In this document: positions 51,288 to 63,837 of the stretch, piece after piece
How the letters are laid out: every line of letters begins with the position of its first letter
Numbering within the stretch: the first letter of the stretch is position 1
Assembly (NCBI RefSeq): GCF_006345805.1
Contig: NC_042999.1
Coordinates: 161,696,001 to 161,760,000 of the forward strand
DNA length: 64,000 nt
Origin: Octopus sinensis
Taxonomy: Eukaryota
Direction of reading: 5' to 3'
The notes under the pieces: generated by a model
What the model was told of the DNA's origin: nothing
The model's input: the letters and a program-made list of their open reading frames with translations, nothing else
Databases searched by the model: none
Made by a program: the position numbers and the translations under genes

Positions 51288-51820
51288 GTAAATTTAAAAA
51301 AAAAAAACATTTTTTATTTTTCATCCCCCATGACCAAGCAGTTTGATATAAAAAAAACTAATAGTATAAGCACCAGATTTAAAATAAGTACTGGGGGCAA
51401 TTTGTTTGATTAAACTCTTGAAAGTGGTGCCCCAATATAGCAGCAGTCCTGTGAGAACAATTTTATTGTTATTTGTTCGTCAAACTGCTATGTTCTGGAA
51501 AATAAACACATACACATACATATACACCAGATTTCCATACAGTTTCCTGCCACCAAAATTCATTCTCAAGACATTGGCCCAAGGTGCCACATAATGGGAC
51601 AGAACCCAAAGCTATGTAGTTGAAAAGCAGATTTTTGTTAACCACACATTTATGCCTGGCAATATTACCTTATTTGGAAACAGGTAGGGATTGGCAACAG
51701 GTTGTTGAAAATTTGCCTCAATAAACTCTGTCCAACCTATGCAAGTATGGGGAAATGATGGCAATAACAATGATGGAATTTTAGTAAAAAAATCAAGTGG
51801 CAGTGGTTTCATACTGGCTT

Positions 51821-52202
51821 GGGGATGGAAGCACTCCGTCGGTTACGACGATGAGGGTTCCAGTTGATCCGATCAACGGAACAGCCTGCTCGTGAAATTA
51901 ACGTGTAAGTGGCTGAGCACTCCACAAACACGTGTACCCTTAACATAGTTCTCGAGGAGATTCAGCGTGACACAGAGAGTGACAAGGCCGGCCCCTTGAA
52001 ATACAGGTACAACAGAAACAGGAAGTAAGAGTGAGAGAAAGTTGTGGTGAAAGAGTACAGCAGGGATCACCACCCCCTGCCGGAGCCTCGTGGAGCTTTT
52101 AGGTGTTTTCACTCAATAAACACTCACAACGCCCGGTCTGGGAATCGAAACCGCGATCCTACGACTGCGAGTCCGCTGCCCTAATCACTGGCCATTGCGC
52201 CT
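51821..52202 (-). mobile_element. SINE family B
   Basis: Homologous to the other B copies. Confidence 0.9.
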
Positions 52203-52599
52203 TTTTGTCTTACTAGCCAACAATTATTTGACTAGGGCAAAGGTTCTCAACACATTTTGGCCAAAGGCCCTGTTTTGACCCTTGGAGTCACAAATGGCTC
52301 CCCTAGAAAATATTTTTATTTTCCAATAGATTACTTATTTTGATATCAGCAGATAATGATTAAAAAATTAAAGGACGTTGTTTTACATATGTGTTTGTAC
52401 ACAGTTGGGAATACAGATGTACAAATTGAAATGAAAGAAAAGATAATGAATTGAAAGTTTGGTAATTGCATTTATTTCCACCACACTACACCCATGAGAT
52501 CAATGTGTTGTCTATAGAAAGAGTGCTCCTTGGTACAAGTAAATGCCATTGAAATCATTTCAAACCTATCCGATTTCCCTTATCAAAACAGCGAGAACT

Positions 52600-52990
52600 T
52601 GGCTGTGTGGTAAGTAGCTTGTTTACCAACCACATGGTTCCGGGTTCAGTCCCACTGCGTGGCACCTTGGGCAAGTGTTTTCTGCTATAGCCCCGGGCCG
52701 ACCAAAGCCTTGTGAGTGGATTTGGTAGACGGAAACTGAAAGAAGCCTGTCGTATATATGTATATATATGCGTGTGTGTGTGTGTTTGTGTGTCTGTGTT
52801 TGCCCCCCTAGCATTGCTTGACAACCGATGCTGGTGTGTTTATGTCCCCGTTACTTAGCGGTTCGGCAAAAAAGACCGATAGAATAAGTACTGGGCTTAC
52901 AAAAGAATAAGTCCCGGGGTCGAGTTGCTCGATTAAAGGCGGTGCTCCAGCATGGCCGCAGTCAAATGACTGAAACAAGTAAAGGAGAAA
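52600..52990 (+). mobile_element. SINE family A
   Basis: Homologous to the other copies. Confidence 0.9.
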
Positions 52991-54269
52991 GGAGTAAGGA
53001 GATAAGTTATTGTCACCCAGGAAGAGGATTTTTTTATGCTCAAGAGAGAGGAGAGTGTATTTGATAGAAATTGTTGAAATATATATGTACTTCATATAAG
53101 TAGCAAATTGTGGTGGATGGTAGTCACTGTACTTGGATCTACTTAGTTTGAGTAACAAAATCGCCCCCCTTTCAAAATGATGTAAAAAAATCTGAAAATT
53201 TATCATATTATAAACATTCTTTTTTTATTCAGGATCTAGTTTGTTTCATCCACAAAATCCTCATTTTTTTTAAAAGAGAGTAAAAAATCTGAAAATTAGT
53301 TATCTTGATGCAGTTCTCCATGCTTATTCCTATGAAACCATGAACTTCTGTAGAAAAAATTTGACACACACAAAGTTTTTTTTTTTTTAATTTGTGGTTT
53401 TAATATACAGACAGTCCGAATTTACCATTTGTTTTTCTATAATTTCCAAATAATTTTTTAAATACTTCATGATGTGTGCATCATGTCTACAGAATAATAG
53501 ACAGGCCATCATGAGAACAAAACGTATGTGTGTATGTAGACATAGATGTATGCGCATGTGTTAAGAACATATAAGGATGGCAATAAGAAGAAAGTGAAAG
53601 ACTCTAAAGCTATCGAAGTGAGAAGTTCATAGACAAAAGAAAACCAATACCAGTTCGTTGTCAATAGTACACGGTAGTTGAAATACTGTATCAAGAAGTT
53701 GCAGCCGTGATGCTGAGCCAGTTGCAGGTACAGTCATATGTGAAGTCATGGCTGCTGTCTGAGTCACTTGGTACAGGTTGTATATTTGCTGTTGATCCAT
53801 GGTGAAGTGTTGGAACCTGGGTGAATTGCTTGCTGAGCTGCGTACATAGAGAGATGATGCTGATGATGGTGGCGATGAAGATGGAGGTTGCCATAATGCT
53901 GTTGGATGAAGTTTGTAAGTCTCAACGCGGCTGCTGTGGTGTTGTCTGAAACTGGCTGTGTCTTTGTGGTCAGTGGCTAGACCTTAAAAGGTCTGGAACC
54001 AAAGACTTTGGAACAAAGAAATGCTGAGTTTTTATAAGGAGCTGTAGGCTCAGACAGGGTGGTGAACAGGCTGTCCCAAGTGATCCTATTTAGGGCTTCC
54101 AACTGGTTATACATGGCAAATTAGCACAACAGAATAAGAGACAAATTGCACCAATACCAACCAATCGGAGTAGTAGATACAATATTGTCCAAATAGTGGC
54201 CAAAGGTTAGCTGTTCCCTGCTATGTTCAAATGCAAGTATATATAATAAATGGGAGAGAGGAATTTCAG

Positions 54270-54650
54270 CTGGGTCTATGCTACAAAGGTTATGAAGACA
54301 AGGAAAGCTCTTAGACTGTCAGGAATCACTATCTGGTGGAGTAGGATATGGCTTAGTCAACCATATAGCCAATCAGGTGGCACAGGAAGGTGCCATAACC
54401 TATGACTAGTGTAGGAGCATTATAGTTAGCCACTACAAGGGTAAAAGAAATGCCTTAGAAACAATTTCAGGGAGATCAGGCTGCTGGACCAGAAGACTAA
54501 AAGTAAACAGTTGTACTGGGCATTCATTGACCTGGAGAAAATCTTCAACAGAGTGCCTTGCTCTGTTATCAGGTGGTCTCTAATGAAGCTAGGAGTAGGT
54601 GGATGGCTTGTTAGAGCCATACAAGCTATGTATTGTGGTGCTGTCACTTA
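54270..54650 (+). mobile_element. Degenerate RTE reverse transcriptase fragment
   Basis: YWAFIDLEKIFNRVP...LVRAIQAMY, homologous to 37000-37420. Confidence 0.7.
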
Positions 54651-54663
54651 TATTCATCTCCCT

Positions 54664-54707
<44 letters not shown>

Positions 54708-54732
54708 TGTATGTATGTATGCTATTTTCTAG

Positions 54733-54862
54733 TTTTAGCTGTCTGGTGAAGATGAATTGCGAAGCTGAAGCTTGGGCAACTCTTAACTCATTGATATACG
54801 AGTACCCTGACAACTTAGACCTCATTGTGATGAAGGCTCGTCTTAGGCAACTCTCTGGAGAG
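54733..54862 (+). CDS. TTC16: TTC16-like TPR exon (absent from the ORF track)
   Basis: Boundaries attttctag and GTAAGG; 130 nt, phase 2-0. Encodes (S)FSCLVKMNCEAEAWATLNSLIYEYPDNLDLIVMKARLRQLSGE and fills the phase gap between its neighbours. Matches recalled TTC16 ACL...NADxYIxRARL. Confidence 0.85.
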
Positions 54863-55008
54863 GTAAGGATCAAATAACATTTAATTATTTCTGTCATAAA
54901 TGTAGTTATCCTGTTATTGTCTCTACTCTTTCTCTTCTATGTCTGTCTATCTTTTTCTCTTTTTTCTTTCATATTCACACACATATTCATACATTAATAT
55001 TTATATAA

Positions 55009-55521
55009 ATGGCCTCCTTGCCGGTGGCATGTAAAAAGCACCATCCGTTCGTGGCCGTTGCCAGCCTCGCCTGGCCCCTGTGCCGGTGGCACATAGCACC
55101 ATCCGTTCATGGCCATTGCCAGCCTTGCCTGGCCCCCGTGGCACGTAAAAGCACCATCCGATCGTGGCCGTTGTCAGCCTCACCTGGCCCCCATGCTGGT
55201 GGCATGTAAAAGCACCATCCGATCATGGCCGTTTGTCAGCCTCGCCAGGCCGCCGTGCCGGTGGCACATAAAAAGCACCATCCGTCCGTGGCCGTTTGCC
55301 CGCTCCGTCTGGCACCTGTGCGGCTGGCACGTAAAAAGCACCCACTACACTCACGGAGTGGTTGGCGTTAGGAAGGGCATCCAGCCGTAGAAACACTGCC
55401 AGATCAGACTGGGCCGATGCAGCCTTCTGGCTTCACAGACCCCAGTTGAACTGTCCAACCCAGGCTAGCATGGAAAGCGGACGCTAAATGATGATGATGA
55501 TGGTGATGATGATGATGATGA
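55009..55521 (+). mobile_element. RTE 3'-UTR-only copy with an expanded ~60-bp minisatellite
   Basis: Five units of AAAAGCACCATCCGNTCGTGGCCG...GGTGGCAC, then the conserved UTR end and (GAT)n. Confidence 0.85.
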
Positions 55522-55722
55522 TATAAAAGAAGAAAAAGAAAATGGACATTGGGAAGTTAATTACTGTTTATTATTAACAACAAATTAATCATCATCCCTC
55601 ACACCTGTTTCAGTTGTTACTCAGTGAATTAATTAAACATTAAATTCATATGACCTGAGTATAATATCTTCAGAGGGGAAAAAAATATACACTTGAATGT
55701 TTTATATATGTGTTTATGGATT

Positions 55723-55784
<62 letters not shown>

Positions 55785-56394
55785 CATATATATATATATA
55801 CACTATTCAGTTGATGGGCGGTATTATGCAGTTGAGGGTTGTTGCTTTTTAGACCCAAGTCAGTTCTAATTGAGGAAACCCACTATTGAATGTTTTCCAG
55901 CCTTAACTATTCCATCTTTTATTCTGAGATAGTGTACCTAAGACTACATACTCTAATGTTTCCTTGCATTTTTAAGATAGTAGGATGTGGTATGAAGGAT
56001 ATTTGGATGTTATTTTTAGCAAGTTGAGCCACCTTGTTGAGACTTTTGTCACAAGTGTATGTAATGTGGTTATGATATTGGCGGTGGTAGTTGTGATTGA
56101 AGTGGTGGTTGCTACAGTCTCGGTTGAAATAGTGGCAGGTCTGGTAGTGGTCACAATGATGGCAGTTGTAGAGATGGGTTTCTGGTGGTAATGGTGATCA
56201 TCATCATGGCAATAGTTATCAAGGAAAAAAGTTTAATGTGTGTGTTGATGCACATGTATGTGTCTCCTGGTCTTAACATTGTATGATAGTTGCCGATGAG
56301 ACACACTACCACATAAGCAAAAACATGTCCAACCACCACAAAATACTATGTTGCTTGGAAACAGATGAGGGTTAGTGACAGGAAAGATATACAG

Positions 56395-56592
56395 CAGTGC
56401 TTTTCAAACTTTTTGCTGGAGTGGAACCCCCAAGGAAACATTCCACTGGCTCGGGGAACCCCTGTGCAATGATTTAATAGTCTTATGCACACATATCTGT
56501 ACAGGAGAATTAAAAATTACTGCCGATTTTAGCAGTTTTGTAACTTCTTGCGGAACCCTAAGGTTCCACGGAACCCTGGTTGAAAACCACTA
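56395..56592. mobile_element. hAT-type MITE
   Basis: CAGTGCTTTTCAA / TTGAAAACCACTA termini; 8-bp TSD ATATACAG vs GTATACAG. Confidence 0.75.
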
Positions 56593-57693
56593 GTATACAG
56601 CCATAGAAAACCTGATTCAATGAATCTCATCTGAGCCACACAAACATGGAAAAATGGATGTTAAAATAACTATGATGATGATGATGATGGTGGTGCCTTT
56701 TAGGTGAGCAAATGAGGCAGTTTCATAATTAAATGAATTATTCTTAAATATAAAAATAATAAGTGGTTTCTAATTCATTATCAAATACTGACAAGCTCAA
56801 AAACTCTATGCTTTTCGCTCTCAATATATTTACTAAATACTAATGCTTCACAATATTAAACTATGTGCAATAGGTTCAACTCCAGAAAGGTATTAAATAT
56901 CATACTATAAAGGCAGAATGATGTCTGCTTTCTCAGTGTCGTATTGGTCATTTGAAAGTAAGAAGTATAAATGTATATGCATGTGTGTGTGCATGTATCA
57001 TTTTTCTCAAATGATGGAGTTAATTTTCATGGGTACACTTAAGCTTTTTGGAAATGTATAAAATATTGGTAAATAATATATGTGTGTTTATGTGTACGTG
57101 TGTTGGATGTGTTATGCATAAGATCCCATTATGACACCTTGAGCCAGTGTTCTCTGCTATAGCCTTGAGTCACTTGGCTGATGGAAATTGTGTGGTAGCC
57201 GATTGGGTGATTCAAGAATTCATCCTTGCCCCACAGTTGCTTCCTAGTTCTGACTGATAATTATGCTAACAATACATTTCAGTGGAATATTCAGTCACTA
57301 ACCTGTAATCCAGTAAGCCAGTAGTTTAGTTGATCAAACAAACAAACAAACAAAAACCCATTATCAAAACTAAAGAAGATCCAAATGAAGCAAAAGGCAA
57401 TCCTTACATCCATCTTAACATGGATGTTGTGTTAGAACAGTGAATAGGGCATTATTTACTCTGTGGGGACATCTCATATGGACACACGGCACATAAAAGC
57501 ATTCATGTTTATGTCATAGGCAAATGAGAACTTCTGCTACTAGCATTGGAACTGCCAGATCATGTGATTTCACCCTGCCCAGGTTCATTAGCAGCAGACA
57601 TCCAGCAGTGATACAACTGCTGAATCTCATTGTCAATGGTATTTGGAACTTCTATTGTCAATGGTATTGTCAATGGTATTTGGAAGTTCTATA

Positions 57694-57924
57694 GGCGGCG
57701 AGCTGGCAGAAACGTTAGCACGCCGGGCGAAATGCTGAGCGGTATTTCGTCTGCTGCTATGTTCTGAGTTCAAATTTCGCCGAGGTCGACTTTGCCTTTC
57801 ATCCTTTCGGGGTCGATAAATTAAGTACCAGTTACGCACTGGGGTCGATGTAATCGACTTAATACCTATGTCTGTCCCTGTTTGTCCACTCTGTGTTTGG
57901 CCCCTTGTGGGTAATAAAGAAATA
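57694..57924 (+). mobile_element. SINE family C with 19-bp TSD
   Basis: TSD GGTATTTGGAA(G/C)TTCTATA at 57675-57693 and 57925-57943. Confidence 0.9.
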
Positions 57925-58499
57925 GGTATTTGGAACTTCTATATATCATTGACAGTGAGATTCAGCTGTTATGTCACAACAGGACATCTGCCACTGTTGA
58001 TCCTGGGCAGGGCGAAATCACATGAGCTACCTGTAACAGACGATTCTCATTTGCCAATCAATTAACTATGAGTGCTTTTTTTGTGCTATGTGTCCATATG
58101 AGAGGTCCTCCCAAGGTAAATAATGCAGCATTCAGTGTTCTAGTACAACATTCACGTTAAGTTTGACATAAGGATTGCCTTTTGTTAGTAATTCTGCTAA
58201 TTATTTTTTTGATAAACCTGCTAGCTATTTGCAACAGCAGTGATCGAAAAAACACCGAAATACTATATATTTTTCTCAGTGAGATTCAACTGTTATGACA
58301 TCACTGGATGTTTGCTACAGGGTGAAACCATGTAATCTGACAGTTCTGGCCCCTGTAGCAAACAATTCTTGTCTGCCAACAATAGAAACATGAGTGCTTT
58401 TTATGTGCCTTGCATCCATACGAGGGGTTCTCTCAGGGTAAATAATGCAGTATTTTGGTGTTCTAACATAGCATCCATGTGAAGTTTACATATAAAAAA

Positions 58500-58730
58500 A
58501 GGTGGCGAGCTGGCGGAACCGTTAGCACGCCAGTTGAAATGCGTAGCTGTATTTCGTCTGCCGTTACGTTCTGAGTTCAAATTCCGCCGAGGTCGACTTT
58601 GCCTTTCATCCTTTAGGGGTCGATAAAATTAAGTACCAGTTACGCAGTGGGGTCGATGTAATCGACTTAATCCATTTGTCTGTCCTTGTTTGTCCCCTCT
58701 ATGTTTAGCCCCTTGTGGGTAGTAAAGAAA
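58500..58730 (+). mobile_element. SINE family C with 12-bp TSD
   Basis: TSD ACATATAAAAAA at 58488-58499 and 58730-58741. Confidence 0.9.
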
Positions 58731-58887
58731 CATATAAAAAATGTGAAAGGTTTTCTCATGTTACAATGAAAGTGTTTTTAACTATCCTCCCTCCCACTCT
58801 GTGTCTCTTCCCTGCTCCATCTCCTTTCCAACCTGAATTGAAATAATTGCTATTCTAACAATGGATTCTGTTGTGCTCCTCTTGCAG

Positions 58888-59099
58888 TATTCTTTGGCAT
58901 TCTATGACTTGAAAAACATTGCTGAATACGAAGACGGTGCTAATGCTCGTGCAATGCTAGAAGCAATCAGAAACAAGGCAGAGGAATATTGGCAAGTGGC
59001 CATCAAGCTGAACATGCGACAAGATTTCTATCCAGCCATCAAAAAAATTCATTTGGCCATTAAATTATGGCCAGCCCAGGCCAAATTCTATTTTCTCAG
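58888..59099 (+). CDS. TTC16: TTC16-like TPR exon
   Basis: Boundaries ctcctcttgcag and GTATGC; 212 nt, phase 0-2. Encodes YSLAFYDLKNIAEYEDGANARAMLEAIRNKAEEYWQVAIKLNMRQDFYPAIKKIHLAIKLWPAQAKFYFL. Confidence 0.88.
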
Positions 59100-59262
59100 G
59101 TATGCTAGCACCTATTCTTAACTCTACCAACATCATCAGTATTTTGACTGCTGTTCTTGTAGTTGCTATTACTATTTAACCCAAATCAGTCCGATGGATC
59201 AGCCTATGATAAGAAGCATTACAATCAGGATCATCCCATTTTTTTTTTTTAGCCTCTCTCTG

Positions 59263-59478
59263 TTACTCTGTTACTTGTTTCAGTCATTTGACTGCGGCCA
59301 TGCTGGAGCACCACCTTTAATCGAGCAACTCGACCCCGGGACTTATTCTTTTGTAAGCCTAGTACTTATTCTATCGGTCGCTTTTGCCGAACCGCTAAGT
59401 AACGGGAACATAAACACACCAGCATCGGTTGTCAAGCAATGCTAGGGGACAAACACAGACACACAAGCACATACAAGG

Positions 59479-59509
<31 letters not shown>

Positions 59510-59672
59510 TACGACAGGCTTCTTTCAGTTTCCGTCTACCAAATCCACTCACAAGGCTTTGGTCGGCCCGAGGCTATAGTAGAAGACACTTTCCCAAGGT
59601 GCTACGCAGTGGGACTGAACCCGGAACCGTGTGGTTGGTAGACAAGCTACTTACCACACAGCCACTCCTGTG
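59263..59672 (-). mobile_element. SINE family A, full length
   Basis: Homologous to the other copies. Confidence 0.92.
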
Positions 59673-59904
59673 TATCTAAAACTACATTATTCAACGTGTC
59701 CTTCCATTTTTTTTTTAAAGCTGGTAGATATGATTTAAGGAAGGTTGGCTGCTATTTCTAACAGAAAAATTGATTACATATTTGCTACCTTGTTACCTCA
59801 CACCATGTTATATCTGATGTTGTTGTTTAGCCCCAGGTCAATCCTGATCATATAGACCTATGGCAAAAGACATCCAGCCAGAGTAATCCTTTTTCTTTAA
59901 CATA

Positions 59905-60318
59905 GGCGCAGGAGTGACTGTGTGGTAAGTAGCTTGCTTACCAACCACATGGTTTCGGGTTCAGTCCCACTGCGTGGCATCTTGGGCAAGTGTCTTCTGC
60001 TTTAGCCTCAGGCTGACCAATGCCTTGTGAGTGGATTTGGTAGACGGAAACTGAAAGAAGCCTGTCGTATATATGTATATGTATGTGTGTGTATATGTTT
60101 GTGTGTCTGTGTTTGTCCCCCTAGCATTGCTTGACAACCGATGCTGGTGTGTTTACGTCCCCGTCACTTAGCGGTTCGGCAAAAGCGACCGATAGAATAA
60201 GTACTGGGCTTACAAAAGAATAAGTCCCGGGGTCGATTTGCTTGACTAAAGGCGGTGTTCCAGCATGGCCACAGTCAAATGACTGAAACAAGTAAAAGAG
60301 TAAAAGAGTAAAAGAGTA
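59905..60318 (+). mobile_element. SINE family A, full length
   Basis: Homologous to the other copies. Confidence 0.92.
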
Positions 60319-60937
60319 TAATATGTTCGATTTTTAAAATGAGTTAGCAGCAGAAATTTGGTTGCTATTTTTAACTGCTTAAATTACTACATAGAAGCTC
60401 CATCCTTTGCTGGATGTGTTATTGTTGTTGTTGCTGTTCCTTTTGCTACTGTTGTTGCTAATACTGTTATTGTTGCAATTGTTGTTGTTGTTGTCGTTGT
60501 TGTTGTTGTTGTCGTTGTTGTTGTTATTACTGCTGCAGTAATGTTATACTGATGTCAAACATTTATGGTTCTAAAAGCTTTTTAGTCAGGTTTTTGTCCT
60601 CAACATGATCAACGCCATCAGTATCATGATATCATAACCACTAAAACCACCACTACCACCACCACCACCACACCATCACAACACTATCATCATCATCATC
60701 ATCACTAATGCTATCATAATGTATATTCTCATTGTCTCCCTTTTGCCAAAGTCAGATCTATCTTTCATCCTTCAAGGATTGATAAAATAAAGTACCAGTC
60801 AAATATTGAGGTTAAGTTAATTGACTATTCACCTCCCCACAAATTTGTCTACTTGTGCTTGTCTTACATATTATTACCAATACACTGTTATAATCACATA
60901 TTCTCACGCTATTGCCAGTGAATTGTCATATATAAAA

Positions 60938-61332
60938 CTAGCAGTATCGCCCGGCGTTGCTCGGGTTTGTAAGGGAAATAACTATATAAGCATTTTTAGA
61001 GATGTAAAGTATAATAGGCATCTCAATATGGCTAACCACAAAGGGGGGGAGGGTTACTGTAGCTTTTTACATTCTGAGATTTAATAATAAATTTTTAGAG
61101 AGTTACTTCCCTTATATATGCCAAAAATGCATTAAAAATGGGAAAAATTGATGGTAAATTTTTTTTTAAATCGTAGACTCATCGTAGACACGCGCTAATA
61201 CCCAGAAGGGCTCGATATGAATCACGACTATAAGATACCTGGTTTTGGTTAAACTGCACCGCAAAATGTGGGAGTAAGGAATCTAAATCGTAGGAGACAG
61301 ACAGCACACAACCTCACTTTTATATATAAAGA
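60938..61332 (-). mobile_element. Non-autonomous Helitron (~395 bp, subtype 2)
   Basis: CTAG at 60938-60941 and GA (minus TC) at 61331-61332. Confidence 0.88.
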
Positions 61333-61468
61333 TTACCAATACACTGTTATGATCACATATTCTTATGCTATTACCAGTGAATTGTCATATATAAAATTTC
61401 TCAAATCCTACTAAAGACAACTAAAGACAACTACAGCAAAAATATTCTCTCCAAATTCTTCTGCACAG

Positions 61469-61716
61469 AGGTATCCTGTACCGTCACATCAATGAGTTCA
61501 CTTTATCCATCGATGACCTGATTGAGGCCCTTCAGAAGAGCACCCCTGAAGAGAAGGAGACATATGCTTCTGATGCTGAGAAACAGCTTTTGCTGACCTT
61601 CAATGATTTCTCAGTAGAATGTTTCACCAATGGATATTTTGATGATGCCATCAAGCTGCTCAACAAGGCCATCTCTGTGGAGAAGATGCAGAAAGGGCTC
61701 TACCTGAACAGGGCTG
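61469..61716 (+). CDS. TTC16: TTC16-like TPR exon; gene continues beyond the window
   Basis: Boundaries ttcttctgcacag and GTCAGT; 248 nt, phase 2-1. Encodes (R)GILYRHINEFTLSIDDLIEAL...AEKQLLLTFNDFSVECFTNGYFDDAIKLLNKAISVEKMQKGLYLNRA, closely resembling recalled human TTC16 RQLLLTYNDFAV...LLNKAL..E..EKGLYINRG. Confidence 0.92.
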
Positions 61717-61850
61717 GTCAGTAAGAAACACTTTGCTTTACTTATATACATAAGCACATGAAGAAAGATGTCTGCATGCACACACGCACACACACTCACA
61801 CACTCACACACACACGCGCGCACACACACACATATTAACCACAGCATCTG

Positions 61851-61882
<32 letters not shown>

Positions 61883-62429
61883 CTTTATTAAAAATCAGCA
61901 AAAATATCACAAAAATTGTTACTCAGAGCTTCACGTTTCTGTTCATCGGACAGTTTTGTTTAGAATGGAACAAAAATAAGGTTATAAGCAAACATATACA
62001 ATTAGCTTAATAGATACACACTTGAAACTGGTTTTGTTTCATTGGTCCTTTCAACTAATGGTCTTTACAGTGACCGGTTGCACACAATGAACAAATTATG
62101 GTATAAAATCATTTTATTATAAAATCGAAGAAAACCTTAAATCAAAAATAGCTTATAAAGAAGGACAGAGCCTAAATAGCCAGGGTAAATAATTATCTGT
62201 AGAATATCAATCAATTAATACATTAAAAGTTATATCTGTTTAAAAAAATTTTCATGTTGGATTACATATACATTTAGCAGTATATGCACATACCAAGCCA
62301 TCTATAATATACATATATACATTAAACATACAGACACATGTACATAGCTACATACATATACAGACATATATAGGCAAGACATAAATATATATACAAATGC
62401 ATATACATATACATATATATATACATATA

Positions 62430-63510
62430 TCATCATCATCATCATCGTCGTTTAACGTCCGTTCTCCATGCTAGCATGGGTTGGACGGTTCGACCGGGGT
62501 TCTGCGAAGCCAGAAGGCTGCACCAGGCTCCAGGCTAATTTGGCAATGTTTCTACAGCTGGATGCCCTTCCTAACGCCAACCACTCCGTGAGTGTAGTGG
62601 GTGCTTTTTACGTGCCACCTGCACAGGTGCCAGGCGGGGCTGGCAACGGCCACGGTCAGATTGGTGTATTTTATGTGCCACCGGCACGGAAGCCAGTCGA
62701 GGCGGTGCTGGCATCGGCCACGAGTCGGATAGTGCTTTTTACGTACCACCAGACCAGGGATCCTGGCTGGTTCAATTCGATTTCGATTTCGCTTGCCCCA
62801 ACATGTCTTCACAAGCAAAGGGGGTTGGCAAGGGTGCCTGTCGTACGGTCGCATTGGAGTATTTTACGTGCCACGGCCACGAGTCGGATAGTGCTTTTTA
62901 CGTACCACCACCAGACAGGGATCCTGCTGGTTCAATTCGATTTCGATTTCGCTTGCCCCAACATGTCTTCGCAAGCATGGGGGGTTGGGATGGGTGTCTG
63001 TCGTCGGATGAGGTTCTATATCGACTTCGCTTGCCTCAACCGGTCTTTGTGTCCAAGGGAGGAAAGGCATTCATAAGTGGGCTTGGGCTCACTTGTCCTG
63101 CCTGGTCTTCTCACGTACAGAATATTTCCAAAGGTCTCGGTCTCTGGTCATTTCCTCAGTGAGGCCTAAAGTTCGAAGGTCGTGCTTCACCACCTCGTCC
63201 CAGGTTTTCTGGGTCTACCTCTTCCACGGGTTCCCTCAACTGCTAGGGATTGGCACTTTCTCACACACCTATCTTCATCCATTCTCGCCACATGACCATA
63301 CCAGCGCAATCGTCTCTCTTGCACACCACAACTGATGCTTCTTAGGTACAACATTTCTCTCAAGGTGCTAACGCTCTGTCGAGTATGTACACTGACATTA
63401 CACATCCATCGGAGCATACTGGCTTCATTCCTCACGAGCTTACGCATGTCCTCAGCAGTCACAGCCCATGATTCGCTGCCATGTAGCATGGCTGTTCGTA
63501 CACACGCATC

Positions 63511-63512
<2 letters not shown>
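62430..63512 (-). mobile_element. 3' fragment of the same RTE LINE family
   Basis: YDACVRTAMLHGSESWAV...RRLRWYGHVARMDEDR...GRGRPRK plus 3' UTR and (CAT)n on the plus strand. Confidence 0.92.
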
Positions 63513-63546
<34 letters not shown>

Positions 63547-63554
<8 letters not shown>

Positions 63555-63750
63555 CCAATTAAGGACTGAAACAAAAAGTGGACAGTTAACATGCTAGATA
63601 TAGACGTCAAATCGCCGAAAAGTGGACAGTCAACATGCTAGATATAGACGTCAAATTGCCATTCTCCACAATGGAGAATGGCGATTTGACGTCTATATCT
63701 AGCATGTTGACTGTCCACTTTTCGTGTTCAGTCCTTAATTGGTATATATA
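63547..63750. repeat. Fold-back with 3-nt loop and a duplicated left-arm segment
   Basis: 63617-63668 vs 63672-63723 (52 bp, one mismatch). Outer arms ~63547-63572 vs 63724-63750. A ~44-bp segment is duplicated in the left arm. Confidence 0.95.
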
Positions 63751-63837
63751 AATATTTAATCTTCGGATTCTTTTTTTAATATGCTAGACCACTGGTTTTA
63801 ATTGATAAATATTGATTTCTACCCTTAATTAATTTTA

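Noticed and set aside
53480-54180. Possible second solo LTR
   Set aside because: Terminal inverted motifs are imperfect and no TSD was found.
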